Origin: an uncultured Holophaga sp.
Lineage (GTDB): Bacteria; Acidobacteriota; Holophagae; Holophagales; Holophagaceae
Reading direction: 5' to 3'
Assembly: GCA_963664825.1 (NCBI GenBank)
Contig: OY761614.1
Coordinates: 2,368,001-2,432,000, forward strand
DNA length: 64,000 nt
Shown: positions 20,893 to 29,957 of the stretch, piece by piece
How positions within the stretch are numbered: position 1 is the first letter of the stretch
How the letters are laid out: every line of letters begins with the position of its first letter
Made by a program: the position numbers and the translations under genes
The notes under the pieces: generated by a model
The model's database searches: none
Told to the model about the DNA's origin: nothing
The model's input: only the letters and a program-made list of their open reading frames with translations

Positions 20893-22194
20893 CTAGGCGC
20901 TCGCCCGGGACAAGGGCATGGTCATGCAGCGCGAGCCGCCCCGGGCCCTGGAGAGCTCCCCGCACTCCAGTTGGATGAGGTACTTCCGGCCATCCAGGAG
21001 ATCGATGGCTGGATCGGCCAGGAGCTGTCTCACGGGCAGGACGTTGTAGCCGTTCCTGGCCAGCTCCTCGGCCGTGCCCGTGTTGCGGCTGTAGCTGAAG
21101 ATCACGCCGGGGGCCATGGCGAAGGCATTGGCGCCATCGGTCCACTGTTCCCGCTGCTGCTTGATGCGGTCGCTGCCGCCGCAGGCGATGGGCTTGAGGT
21201 CCAGGCCGACCTGCTTGAGGGTCTTCATCAGGCTGGGCTGAGTGGTGAAGCGCAGTTCCTCGTTCCGCAGATCGATCTTCATGACATTGAGGAGTTCGCC
21301 GCTCTGGCCCGCGAAGAAGGGCGGGAACACCAGGCATTCGTCCTGGCTGATGCGCGTGAAGACGGTATCGAGGTGCATGGCGGAACGGATGGGAGGCATG
21401 AGCACCATGAGCAGGTGCTCGAAACCGGATTCGCCGTTCAGGAACTTTTCCCGCAGGCTCTCGGCCAAGTGGTGCACGGCGTCGGCACTGGTGCGCTCGG
21501 AGCATCCGATGGCCAGCACCTTGTCGCTGAGCACCAGCATATCGCCCCCCTCCATGGCCAGGGGGGCCCGGATCTCGCCCTTCAGGAGGGGTGTCACCTG
21601 GTCGAAGAGCCGCGCCTCTTCGGGGAGGTGGCGGAGCCGGGGGTGGTGGCGGAAGACGTAACTAAGGATGAGGGGCTCCCGTTCCCGGGCCCACGTGGAC
21701 ATGGAATTGACGGAATAGCTCGTGCCCAGCACGGCGGCGGGGTCGCGCATGAAGAGCAGGTTGGGGATGGGCCGCAGGCGGTATTCGAAGCCCCGCTGCC
21801 AGTGGGTGTGGGCTGGGATATCCTCCCAGGCGATGCCGGTGATGATGCTCCGGGCGCATTCCTCCGAGGGCATGTCGCGCAGGAGGTTGCAGGTGGCGTC
21901 CGGCAGGTTGACCAGACGGCGCAGATCCTCGATGAAGGCCAGCTTCACACCCTCCTCGGCCAGGGCCTCCACGAAGAGATCCTGGATATCGAGCACCTCG
22001 TCGGCCACGCGAGCCAGGGCGCTCCGGAAGAGGGCGTGCTCCTCCCGGGCCTGCTCGCCGTGGAGGATATCGTCGAAGAGCAGCTTCTCCATGATGGTGG
22101 GCACCATCAGATCCACTTCCTGGCCGGGAGCGTGAACCACCACTTGCTTGAGGCGGTCGATTTCAGAGAAAACCGAGAGTTGGATCGGCGGCAT
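20893..22194 (-). CDS. arcA: Arginine deiminase
   Basis: VFSEIDRLKQVVVHAPG, LLFDDI, PNLLFMRD, EGGD, MHLDTVFT, REQWTDGAN, ELSRARGGSRCMTMPL. Confidence 0.95.
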   Translation of the reverse strand: MPPIQLSVFSEIDRLKQVVVHAPGQEVDLMVPTIMEKLLFDDILHGEQAREEHALFRSALARVADEVLDIQDLFVEALAEEGVKLAFIEDLRRLVNLPDATCNLLRDMPSEECARSIITGIAWEDIPAHTHWQRGFEYRLRPIPNLLFMRDPAAVLGTSYSVNSMSTWAREREPLILSYVFRHHPRLRHLPEEARLFDQVTPLLKGEIRAPLAMEGGDMLVLSDKVLAIGCSERTSADAVHHLAESLREKFLNGESGFEHLLMVLMPPIRSAMHLDTVFTRISQDECLVFPPFFAGQSGELLNVMKIDLRNEELRFTTQPSLMKTLKQVGLDLKPIACGGSDRIKQQREQWTDGANAFAMAPGVIFSYSRNTGTAEELARNGYNVLPVRQLLADPAIDLLDGRKYLIQLECGELSRARGGSRCMTMPLSRASA

Positions 22195-22370
22195 GGAGGG
22201 CTCCAGAAACAGCGCACAGGGGAACAACGACTCCGACCAGGAGGGTACATCCCTGGGAAGCACCTATGCGTCGGGGAATTCTTTGTAACGCCCGCGGCTC
22301 GGTTCGAGCCTTGGGTGCCTCCTTGATCCTACCGGGGCTTCTGCCGCAAATCCACTGGAGGGCCTCGGAG

Positions 22371-23063
22371 CTATTCGGCGTCCACCCTGGGATAGAGGAA
22401 TCCGGCGATGGCCGCACCTATGAGCGGTGCGACCCAGAAGAGCCAGAGCTGCTGCAGTGCCCATCGGCCCTCGACGAAGAAGGCCACGCCCGTGCTGCGG
22501 GCGGGATTCACGCTGGTATTGGTGACCGGAATGCTGATGAGGTGGATGAGGGTGAGGCAGAGTCCGATGGCCAACGGCGCGAATCCTGCCGGGGCCTTTT
22601 TCGACGTGGAGCCCAGGATCACGAATAGGAAGAAGCAGGTCATGACGATTTCACACAGGAGGGCCGCACCCAGACCGTAGCCCCCGGGGCTATGCGGGCC
22701 GTAGCCGTTGCTGGCGAAGGCGCCGGGAGTGAAACCGGGCTTGCCCGAGGCGATGACGAAGAGAATCGCGCCGGCGGCCAGGGCGCCGAGGATCTGGACG
22801 CCCCAGTAGGGCAGGACGTCCCTCCAGGCGAAGCGGCCCCCAACGGCGAGCCCCAGGCTGACGGCCGGGTTCAGGTGGCAGCCGGAGATGGGCCCGATGG
22901 CATAGGCCATGGTGACCACCGTCAGACCAAAGGCGACGGCCACGCCATGGAAGCCGATGCCGAGGCCGGGGAAGGCCGCGGCCAGGACGGCGCTGCCGCA
23001 ACCGCCCAGCACGAGCCAGAGCGTTCCAAGGAATTCCGCAGACAACCGACGGCTCAACGGCAT
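22371..23063 (-). CDS. aqpZ: Aquaporin Z
   Basis: [11 protein letters not shown] and [13 protein letters not shown] motifs; [21 protein letters not shown]. Confidence 0.97.
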   Translation of the reverse strand: MPLSRRLSAEFLGTLWLVLGGCGSAVLAAAFPGLGIGFHGVAVAFGLTVVTMAYAIGPISGCHLNPAVSLGLAVGGRFAWRDVLPYWGVQILGALAAGAILFVIASGKPGFTPGAFASNGYGPHSPGGYGLGAALLCEIVMTCFFLFVILGSTSKKAPAGFAPLAIGLCLTLIHLISIPVTNTSVNPARSTGVAFFVEGRWALQQLWLFWVAPLIGAAIAGFLYPRVDAE

Positions 23064-23202
23064 GGTGCCCTCCTGGAAATTGGGTTGTGAAGTTGAGCGA
23101 TTATAGGCCTCGGATCTGAATGGATCTCGTATTTCTTGGGTTGGTTCGAGACTTGCTCAGGCTTTTCCGCCGCTGGGTCGTACCCTTGCAGTCGGAGGCC
23201 CC

Positions 23203-23805
23203 ATGCACAGTTTGTCCCTGGCTCTCGTGATGGCTGTGGCGCCCTTGGTCCAGAGCCAGGGCCTTGAGGAGACCCAGGGGGCTATCGGGGGCGCCTTCCC
23301 CGCAGGGCCAACGGATTCGCGGCTGGAGGCGGGTTGGTCCTTCGCTTTCGGAGGGGTCTACTGGTTCTCGGAGCGGGTCGGCATCCACACGGAGTTGGCC
23401 GTCCATCGCTTCGGCTTATCGGACCGCCTGCGGAATGCCATCGGCCCCGCCAAGGACGGGCTGGCCACCATCCTTTCGATTCCCGTGAACGGGATGTTCC
23501 GCCTCCACGGAGAAGGCGGTTCAGGGCTCTACATCCTGGGAGGGCTGGGAATCTATCACCGCCAACTGGAGCTTTCCGAGCCCGCCACGGCGCCTCTCGC
23601 CATGGACGAACCCTGGGCAGGGACACGGGCGGGCTGGGTCCCCTCGGAAACCCTCAGCACCACGCGAGGGGGTGTGGATGGGGGGCTGGGCTGGGAGATG
23701 CCCCTGGATCGTGGGTATTTCTTCGTGGAAATCCGCTACCACAGGATCTTTACCCGGGACCTGCCCACGGAGTTCATCCCCGTGGTGGTGGGCACACGGT
23801 TCTGA
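23203..23805 (+). CDS. Outer-membrane beta-barrel protein (OmpA-TM/OMP_b-brl-like)
   Basis: Signal peptide, amphipathic strands (GLYILGGLGIY, FFVEIRYH), terminal Phe; GGAGG RBS. Confidence 0.8.
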   Translation: MHSLSLALVMAVAPLVQSQGLEETQGAIGGAFPAGPTDSRLEAGWSFAFGGVYWFSERVGIHTELAVHRFGLSDRLRNAIGPAKDGLATILSIPVNGMFRLHGEGGSGLYILGGLGIYHRQLELSEPATAPLAMDEPWAGTRAGWVPSETLSTTRGGVDGGLGWEMPLDRGYFFVEIRYHRIFTRDLPTEFIPVVVGTRF

Positions 23806-23837
23806 TTGGGGATCGCGTTTGTGCCCAGGATAAAGAC

Positions 23838-23925
23838 GAATTACGGAGGGCACATAGGAATGAAGTCCGCCCAACATTCTGCTTTTCTCTGTGTCCTCTT
23901 TCTTCCTCTGCGCTCTCTGTGGTTC
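23838..23925. repeat. REP-like palindrome, copy 3 (degenerate relative of copy 1)
   Basis: GAATTACGGAGGGCACATAGGAATGAAG resembles copy 1 GAACCGCAGAGGGCGCAGAGGGAATGAGG; right arm CCTCTGCGCTCTCTGTGGTTC; between convergent genes. Confidence 0.7.
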
Positions 23926-23969
23926 AGTCGTTCTACCCCTGCTCCGGGGAAAACAACTGATGCAAGGCC

Positions 23970-26894
23970 CTACTTCAGTCCGAAGTAGACTCGGCTGCCG
24001 CCCTCCTGCTTGGCGCGGGGACCGCCTTCGACCTGGAAGACTCGGCTGGCTTCGATTTGGCCGCCCGCCAGCAGCCGGTGGAGGATGGCCTTGGCACGGC
24101 GATCGGCCAGTTCCCGCAGATCATTGGGATCCACCTTCAGGGTGCCCAGCAGGCGTTGTTCCATCTCACCTAGGGGCGGGGCGGGGGTCTTGGACTTTCC
24201 TTTGGGATCCTTGGGGGAGGGAAAGACCGTGGCGTAGGCCTCCGCCAGCCAGCGGGGGCGTTCCTCGGCTCCAATTTCAACGGCTTCCGCATCCCGTTCC
24301 GGAGCCTTGGCCCGCAGGGCCTTCGCCTTGGCCTGGCGGATCAATCCTTCCAGGGCGAGCTTCTGAAAGGCGGCGCCGTCCGCGGCTGGGTCCGCCGTGC
24401 CTTCGAGCTCCAGGCTCAGATCGGGGCGCTCCGAGAGGGATTTGGCGATCACTTCCACCTTCTTCTGCGCGGCGGCGTCCGGCTCGGAACTCCCCGGCGG
24501 GAAGGCCGCGAAGCTCAGATCCTCGCCTCCGCCTCCGAAGAGGTTGCCGATGAGCGTGAAGGGGGAGGTCACGATCTTGGTGAGCACGTTGAAGAGCGCG
24601 TGCCAGACGATTTTGCCGTAGCGGAAATCCGGGTCATCCAGGCTCCCTTCCACGGGGAGATCCAGGGTGATGATGCCCTTGCGGTCCCGAAGGAGGGCCA
24701 TGGCCAGTCTCACCGGGAGCTTCGTGGCCTCAGGGCTCTGGACCTTGTCGCCCAGGAAGAACTGGTCCAGCTTCGCGTTCACCTGGGCATTGAGCTTGCG
24801 CTGCTGGATCTTCACATGGGCGTCCACGTCGAGCTTGCCCTTGCGCACGGTGTAGCCCAGGTACTTGCCCGTGTAGGGGCTGAAGTCGGAGAGCTCGGCC
24901 CCTTGGATGCGCATCCGGATATCGGTGTCCTGATCCCGGCGCAGGGGCATGCTGTGGCCCTGGATGGAGAGGGGCGCCAGGCCTCCGGCCTTGCCCGTCA
25001 GGCTGAGGGAGGCATTGCCGGTGGCCTCGGTGGAGAGGCCCGTGTTGGTGCCCTCCAGGTCCGTGAGGAGAAAGGCCGCGTTGGGTTCGACGCTGCGGTC
25101 GATGAAGGTGAGGCGCCCCCCCTTCATGTGCAGCCTCTGGACGGCGACGTGGAAGGGCTCCTCGGTCATCGTGCGGGGAACCATGCTGCCCAGGACGGCC
25201 CCCGCGGGGGGTTTCGGGGCTTCAGCTTCCGCCTTGAGGGCGCGGGCCACGTTGGTGGTGCCGTCCTTGGAGATGACCATGCGGTGCTCGCCCTCGAGGA
25301 GTTCCACGTTCCGGATGGCTAGCTTTCGGGGATTCGTGCAGAGTTCCAAGTCCTCCAGGCGCAATTCCCTGTAGCGCAGGAAGGGCTCTCGCTGGGCGCC
25401 ATCCATGGCTTCGAAGCCCTCCAGGCGAGTGCTCCCGTGGAAGGAAACGGAATCCGAGGCCTTGCCCGTGAAGGTCCCCTTCAGGTGGCCCGCCAGGGAA
25501 AGCTGTCCCCGGTTGATCCGCAGATCCAGGGTCGGATCCAGGTAGGGGTCCAGAGGGGAGAGGGAGAGGCCTTCGAGCTGGAGGGCCAGGTCCAGCCCTG
25601 GGACGAAGGGGGAGATGGAACCCTCCGCCTGGAGCTTGGCGTGGCCATCCAGCAGGAGGCTGGCGGCGAGGTGGGCCGAGGCTCCTGGGTCCAGGCTGAG
25701 ATCCTGGAGCGTGATATCGATATGCTCGGCGGAGAGGCGCACGGGGCGCGGGGGGACCTGATCCTGGAAGGCGATGCTGAAATTCCGGGTGCCGAGTTCC
25801 TTTACCCGCAACGCGAAGGGCTTTTCAGGCTCCTGAGGCTTGGGGCGGGGCTTGGGTGTCAGCAGCTTCACCAGGCTGATCTCGCCATTCCGCAACCGCG
25901 TGATATCGAGCTTCCCGTCCCAGGCCAGGATGGATCCCACCTCCAGGGAACGCGCCACCAGGTCGGCCTGGGCGCCCCGGATCTCGAGCCGGGGCAGATC
26001 CACGGCGTTCTCAGCCCTGCCCTTTTCGGCGAGCTTGAGGTTCAGCAGATCCAGGGTGCCGTCCTGGATCTGGATGATGTGGACCCCTGCGGACCACTGG
26101 AAGACGTAGCTGGCCTGAAGGGAGGCCAGGCCATCCCTCAGATCGAAGGCCACCTGATCCCGGTAGTAGGGGTGGTATTTGGGAAGCTTGAGATGCTCCA
26201 GGGAGAGCCTGCCCTGGGAACGGAGGGGTTCCGTGGAGAAGACGCCGTTCCAGGCGAAGGTCTCGCCGGATTCCGTGCGCCCCGTGAAGGCATATGGGTT
26301 CCGGCTATTCCGGGCGGTCTTGAATCCACGGAGTTCCAGGCTGAGAGGGCCCAGGGTGGTGGCGAAGGGTTCCCTTAGGCTGCGGTCCAGGAGCTGGATG
26401 CGGGCCCCCCTGATGGCCAGGTGGCCGATGGCGATCTCTCGGGGGCGGGGCTCGGGCTTGGACTGGGCGGCGGGTTCTGTTTTCCCCAAACGGTCTAGGA
26501 TATCGGCAAAGTTCAGCTGTCCGTTCTGCTCCACCACCACATGGCCGTAAGGGCCCACCAGCTCCACATCCTGGAGCGAGAGGGTGCGGCTCCAGAGGCT
26601 GGAAGCCCCCAGGTTCACGTAGAGCCTCTCCCAGGCCAGGAAGGCTTCGCCATCCCTGTCCTGGACTCTGAATCCATCCAGGGTGATGGAGAGCGCGAAG
26701 GGGTTGGCGCGCACCCGCTGGAGGGTGACGGTCCGGCCCAGTATTCGGGAGAGCCGGGGGGGTAGCTGGGCCTTGATCAGGGCAGGCAGCACCAGGAAGC
26801 CCAGGAGGGCGTAGAGGAGGAGCAGGGAAGCCAGCGCCACCAGGAGCCGACGGCCCCAGCGGGGGCAGCTTTGAAGTAGGGTTGTCATCTTCAT
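23970..26894 (-). CDS. DUF748 domain (AsmA-like) protein with OmpA-like C-terminal region
   Basis: N-terminal TM anchor, repeated beta-taco segments, FSPYTGKYLGY, LPVRLAMALLRD..G.I.LDLPVEGSLDDPDF. Confidence 0.88.
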   Translation of the reverse strand: MKMTTLLQSCPRWGRRLLVALASLLLLYALLGFLVLPALIKAQLPPRLSRILGRTVTLQRVRANPFALSITLDGFRVQDRDGEAFLAWERLYVNLGASSLWSRTLSLQDVELVGPYGHVVVEQNGQLNFADILDRLGKTEPAAQSKPEPRPREIAIGHLAIRGARIQLLDRSLREPFATTLGPLSLELRGFKTARNSRNPYAFTGRTESGETFAWNGVFSTEPLRSQGRLSLEHLKLPKYHPYYRDQVAFDLRDGLASLQASYVFQWSAGVHIIQIQDGTLDLLNLKLAEKGRAENAVDLPRLEIRGAQADLVARSLEVGSILAWDGKLDITRLRNGEISLVKLLTPKPRPKPQEPEKPFALRVKELGTRNFSIAFQDQVPPRPVRLSAEHIDITLQDLSLDPGASAHLAASLLLDGHAKLQAEGSISPFVPGLDLALQLEGLSLSPLDPYLDPTLDLRINRGQLSLAGHLKGTFTGKASDSVSFHGSTRLEGFEAMDGAQREPFLRYRELRLEDLELCTNPRKLAIRNVELLEGEHRMVISKDGTTNVARALKAEAEAPKPPAGAVLGSMVPRTMTEEPFHVAVQRLHMKGGRLTFIDRSVEPNAAFLLTDLEGTNTGLSTEATGNASLSLTGKAGGLAPLSIQGHSMPLRRDQDTDIRMRIQGAELSDFSPYTGKYLGYTVRKGKLDVDAHVKIQQRKLNAQVNAKLDQFFLGDKVQSPEATKLPVRLAMALLRDRKGIITLDLPVEGSLDDPDFRYGKIVWHALFNVLTKIVTSPFTLIGNLFGGGGEDLSFAAFPPGSSEPDAAAQKKVEVIAKSLSERPDLSLELEGTADPAADGAAFQKLALEGLIRQAKAKALRAKAPERDAEAVEIGAEERPRWLAEAYATVFPSPKDPKGKSKTPAPPLGEMEQRLLGTLKVDPNDLRELADRRAKAILHRLLAGGQIEASRVFQVEGGPRAKQEGGSRVYFGLK

Positions 26895-27038
26895 GGCCCC
26901 AGAATAGGTCGGGATAACTTCTTGTAGAAATACTTTAAAGAGCTAAGATTGGCGCATCATCCATGGTCCCGAGGCCATGACTACCCATTTCGGGTGTGTC
27001 GGTTAATCGGTCGACGCCTTCTCTATAGAGGAGTACCA

Positions 27039-28385
27039 ATGTCCGAACCCCGTCGCGTTCTCATCCTGGGAGCCGCTGGCCGCGACTTCCATAACTTCAA
27101 CACCGTCTACCGCGATAACCCGGCCTTCAAGGTCGTGGCCTTCACGGCGACCCAGATTCCCGATATCGCGGGCCGCGCCTATCCGGCCGTCCTGGCCGGG
27201 AAGCTCTATCCCGCGGGGATTCCCATCTTCGACGAGAGCGAGCTGGCCAACGTCATCCAGCGCGAGAAACCCGATGTGGCCGTCTTCTCCTACTCCGACG
27301 TGAAGCACGAGACCGTCATGCATCTGGCGAGCCTCTGCACGGCCATGGGCGTGGACTTCGAGCTGCTGGGCTGCGACAAGACCATGATCAAGTCCACCAA
27401 GCCCGTCATCGCCATCACCGCTGTCCGTACGGGCGCCGGCAAGAGCCAGACCACCCGCTACATCAGCAATATCCTGAAGGCCATGGGCAAGAAGGTGGTG
27501 GCCATCCGCCACCCCATGCCCTACGGCGATCTGGCCATCCAGGCCTGCCAGCGCTTTGCGGACTACTCCGATCTCGACAAGCACAAGTGCACCATCGAGG
27601 AGCGCGAGGAGTACGAGCCCCATATCGACAACGGCTTCATCATCTACTCCGGCGTGGACTACGAGCAGATCGTGCGCAGCGCCGAGAAGGAAGCCGATGT
27701 CATCCTCTGGGATGGCGGCAATAACGACACGCCCTTCTACGCCTGCGATCTGCACATCTGCGTGGCCGATCCCCTCCGTTCCGGGCACGAGATGATGTAC
27801 CACCCCGGCGAGGCCAACTTCCGCCGGGCCGATGTCATCGTCATCAACAAGTGCGATAGCGCCAAGGAAGCCGATATCGTGGCCATTGAGGAGAACGCCA
27901 AGAAGTTCAACCCCAAGGCCATCGTCATCCGCGCCAATAGCCCCGTGACCTGCGAGAAGCCCGAGCTGGTCAAGGGCAAGAAGGCTCTCGTCATCGAGGA
28001 TGGTCCGACCCTCACCCACGGCTCCATGAATATGATGGGTGCCGGCGTGGTGGCCGCCAGGGCCGCCGGCGCGGCCTCCATCGTGGACCCCACGCCCTAC
28101 GCCGTGGCCTCCATCGCTGCCACCTACAAGAAGTATCCCAATGCCCAGGGCATCCTGCCCGCCATGGGCTATGGCGATGCCCAGGTGAAGGATCTGGAGA
28201 AGACCATCGACGCCACTCCCTGCGATATCGTGGTCTCCGGCACGCCCATCGATATCACCCGGGTCCTCAAGGTCAATAAGCCCATGGTGCGCGCCACCTA
28301 TGAGCTGGCCGAGGTCACCAAGGGCCAGATGGAAGCCGCCATCAAGAAGATCATGAAGACGAGCTGCGGCTGCAACTGCAAGTAA
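27039..28385 (+). CDS. COG2403 P-loop protein, ArcE-like putative arginine synthetase (often annotated as a cyclic 2,3-diphosphoglycerate synthase or GTPase)
   Basis: ILGAAGRDFHNFN, VVAFTATQIP, RTGAGKSQT, RHPMPYG, TIEEREEYEPH, WDGGNND, EDGPTLTHG; GAGGAG RBS. Confidence 0.8.
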   Translation: MSEPRRVLILGAAGRDFHNFNTVYRDNPAFKVVAFTATQIPDIAGRAYPAVLAGKLYPAGIPIFDESELANVIQREKPDVAVFSYSDVKHETVMHLASLCTAMGVDFELLGCDKTMIKSTKPVIAITAVRTGAGKSQTTRYISNILKAMGKKVVAIRHPMPYGDLAIQACQRFADYSDLDKHKCTIEEREEYEPHIDNGFIIYSGVDYEQIVRSAEKEADVILWDGGNNDTPFYACDLHICVADPLRSGHEMMYHPGEANFRRADVIVINKCDSAKEADIVAIEENAKKFNPKAIVIRANSPVTCEKPELVKGKKALVIEDGPTLTHGSMNMMGAGVVAARAAGAASIVDPTPYAVASIAATYKKYPNAQGILPAMGYGDAQVKDLEKTIDATPCDIVVSGTPIDITRVLKVNKPMVRATYELAEVTKGQMEAAIKKIMKTSCGCNCK

Positions 28386-28403
28386 GCAAAAGATCTCTGT
28401 TGG

Positions 28404-28443
28404 AATAAAGAAATCGGGCGCCGAAGCGCCCGATTTCTTATTT
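28404..28443. terminator. Bidirectional intrinsic terminator
   Basis: AAGAAATCGGGCGC-CGAA-GCGCCCGATTTCTT with A/T-rich flanks, between convergent genes. Confidence 0.88.
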
Positions 28444-29100
28444 GTAGAAGGTGAGGTCCTCGCTCACCGCGTCCCGGATCGCGATGGCCGTGCGGGGGCC
28501 GATGCCTTCGATGCCGAGCAGATCGGCTTGGGGTGCGGATAGGACGCGCTCGACGCTGCCGAAGTGGTTAAGGAGTGCCAGAGCACGAGTGGCACCCACG
28601 CCAGACAGGCTGGTCAGGATGAACAGCTGTCGGCCGCGCTTGGCCCTGGGCCGCCAACCGGGACGGCGAATGGAGGAACGGGCGCTCCGGCATATCTGGC
28701 GTGCGGCAAGAAGCAGGATACGAGAGGTTTCCGCTTCGTCCATTGCGCGAAGTATCTGGAGATCAAACACGATTCCAAGCGTGAGCAGGGCACCCTGGAT
28801 CGCCGCACGGTGAATACCCGTCTGCTTCCACTCGCTTCCCGAGCCTTCGATAATCATCAGGCCGCGCAGGCCACAATTGGCAAGGCGATAGGCCTGCCTG
28901 AAGGGTCGCCCGTCGCAAAGGCTTGCGAGAAAATCCGGGATTCGTTTGCGTTCCGCGATCACGCGACCTTCGATCAGGTAATCCCCCGTCTTTAGGCGTT
29001 TGCGTGTGATGCGGACTTCTCCTGAAGCCGCCAATCGCATCGCGATGGAGGTCCGGTCCTCTCGGTCATCCACGAGGATGTGTAGAGGGGTCAGACTCAT
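28438..29100 (-). CDS. ERCC4/XPF-type structure-specific nuclease with tandem HhH motifs
   Basis: ILVDDRE, GDYLI...AERKRIPD (GDxnERKxxxD), LMIIEG, LSGVGATRA and IEGIGPRTA HhH motifs. Confidence 0.88.
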   Translation of the reverse strand: MSLTPLHILVDDREDRTSIAMRLAASGEVRITRKRLKTGDYLIEGRVIAERKRIPDFLASLCDGRPFRQAYRLANCGLRGLMIIEGSGSEWKQTGIHRAAIQGALLTLGIVFDLQILRAMDEAETSRILLLAARQICRSARSSIRRPGWRPRAKRGRQLFILTSLSGVGATRALALLNHFGSVERVLSAPQADLLGIEGIGPRTAIAIRDAVSEDLTFYK

Positions 29101-29810
29101 GGCAGGGCCCTGAAGAGGGTCAGCACGCGCACCTCCCTGGCGCCACCGGCCTGGAGGGCCTGGGCGCAGCGGAGCAAGGTGGTGCCCGTGGTCCAGACAT
29201 CGTCCACCAGCAGGATGATCCGGTCCTCCACGGGAGCAGGGCGGACTAGCCTCACGGATCGCTTCGGCAGGCGGCGGCGCTGGGTCTCGGTGCGCCGGGC
29301 CTGGCGGCCCGAAAACAGGGCCTTGCGAAGGGTGGTCGCCCCGGGGCGATCCAGGCGTCGGGCCAGAAGCCTGGCGGCCTCCTCCGCCAGATCGAAGCCC
29401 CTCATCCAGTGCCGGGGAAGGGCCGTGGGGGCCCAGGTGACCAGTTCGATATCCCGGGTCCAGGCCGGGAGGGGGGCGGCCTCAACGCGCCGGAGCAGGG
29501 CTCCCTTCCAGCCCAGTTCCCCCTCCTTGATGCCCGGTACCAGCAGGGCGCCCAGGGGCGGATGGCCGCCTCGGTAATCCCAGAGGGCATCCCCCAGGGT
29601 CCAGGCCACGGGTTCGGGACAGGGGGCCTCCGGTGCGTGGCCCAGGGCGCAGCAGGGGCAGCGGGGCAGGGGAAGGGGCACGAGCCCCTCCCAGCAGCGC
29701 GCGCAGAGACCGGCTTCGGCCTGGCCCTGAAGGGGGCTGAGGCAGCCTCGGCAGAGCATGACTCCACCCAGGAGGCGGAGCAGCGTGGCACGATGCGCGG
29801 CAATGGACAT
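29097..29810 (-). CDS. comF: ComF family protein (double zinc ribbon plus PRTase domain)
   Basis: CRGC...CARC...CPCC, RGFD, ILLVDDVWTTGTTL. Confidence 0.88.
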   Translation of the reverse strand: MSIAAHRATLLRLLGGVMLCRGCLSPLQGQAEAGLCARCWEGLVPLPLPRCPCCALGHAPEAPCPEPVAWTLGDALWDYRGGHPPLGALLVPGIKEGELGWKGALLRRVEAAPLPAWTRDIELVTWAPTALPRHWMRGFDLAEEAARLLARRLDRPGATTLRKALFSGRQARRTETQRRRLPKRSVRLVRPAPVEDRIILLVDDVWTTGTTLLRCAQALQAGGAREVRVLTLFRALP

Positions 29811-29957
29811 CCCTGAACCCTGAAGGGGCCATGGTGCCACATCCCGCGACCTTCGTGCCCCTGGCCGCTTCGCATCCTCGGCTCTTTGCCTGTTTGTTCG
29901 CTATCCTGGTTATCTTTTGGCCGTGTTCTTCCGTCGACTGTTTTTCCGAGGAGCTTC

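Noticed and set aside
26948..26966. TTGGCGC as a sigma54 -24 element upstream of the ArcE-like gene
   Set aside because: No TTGC at the -12 position
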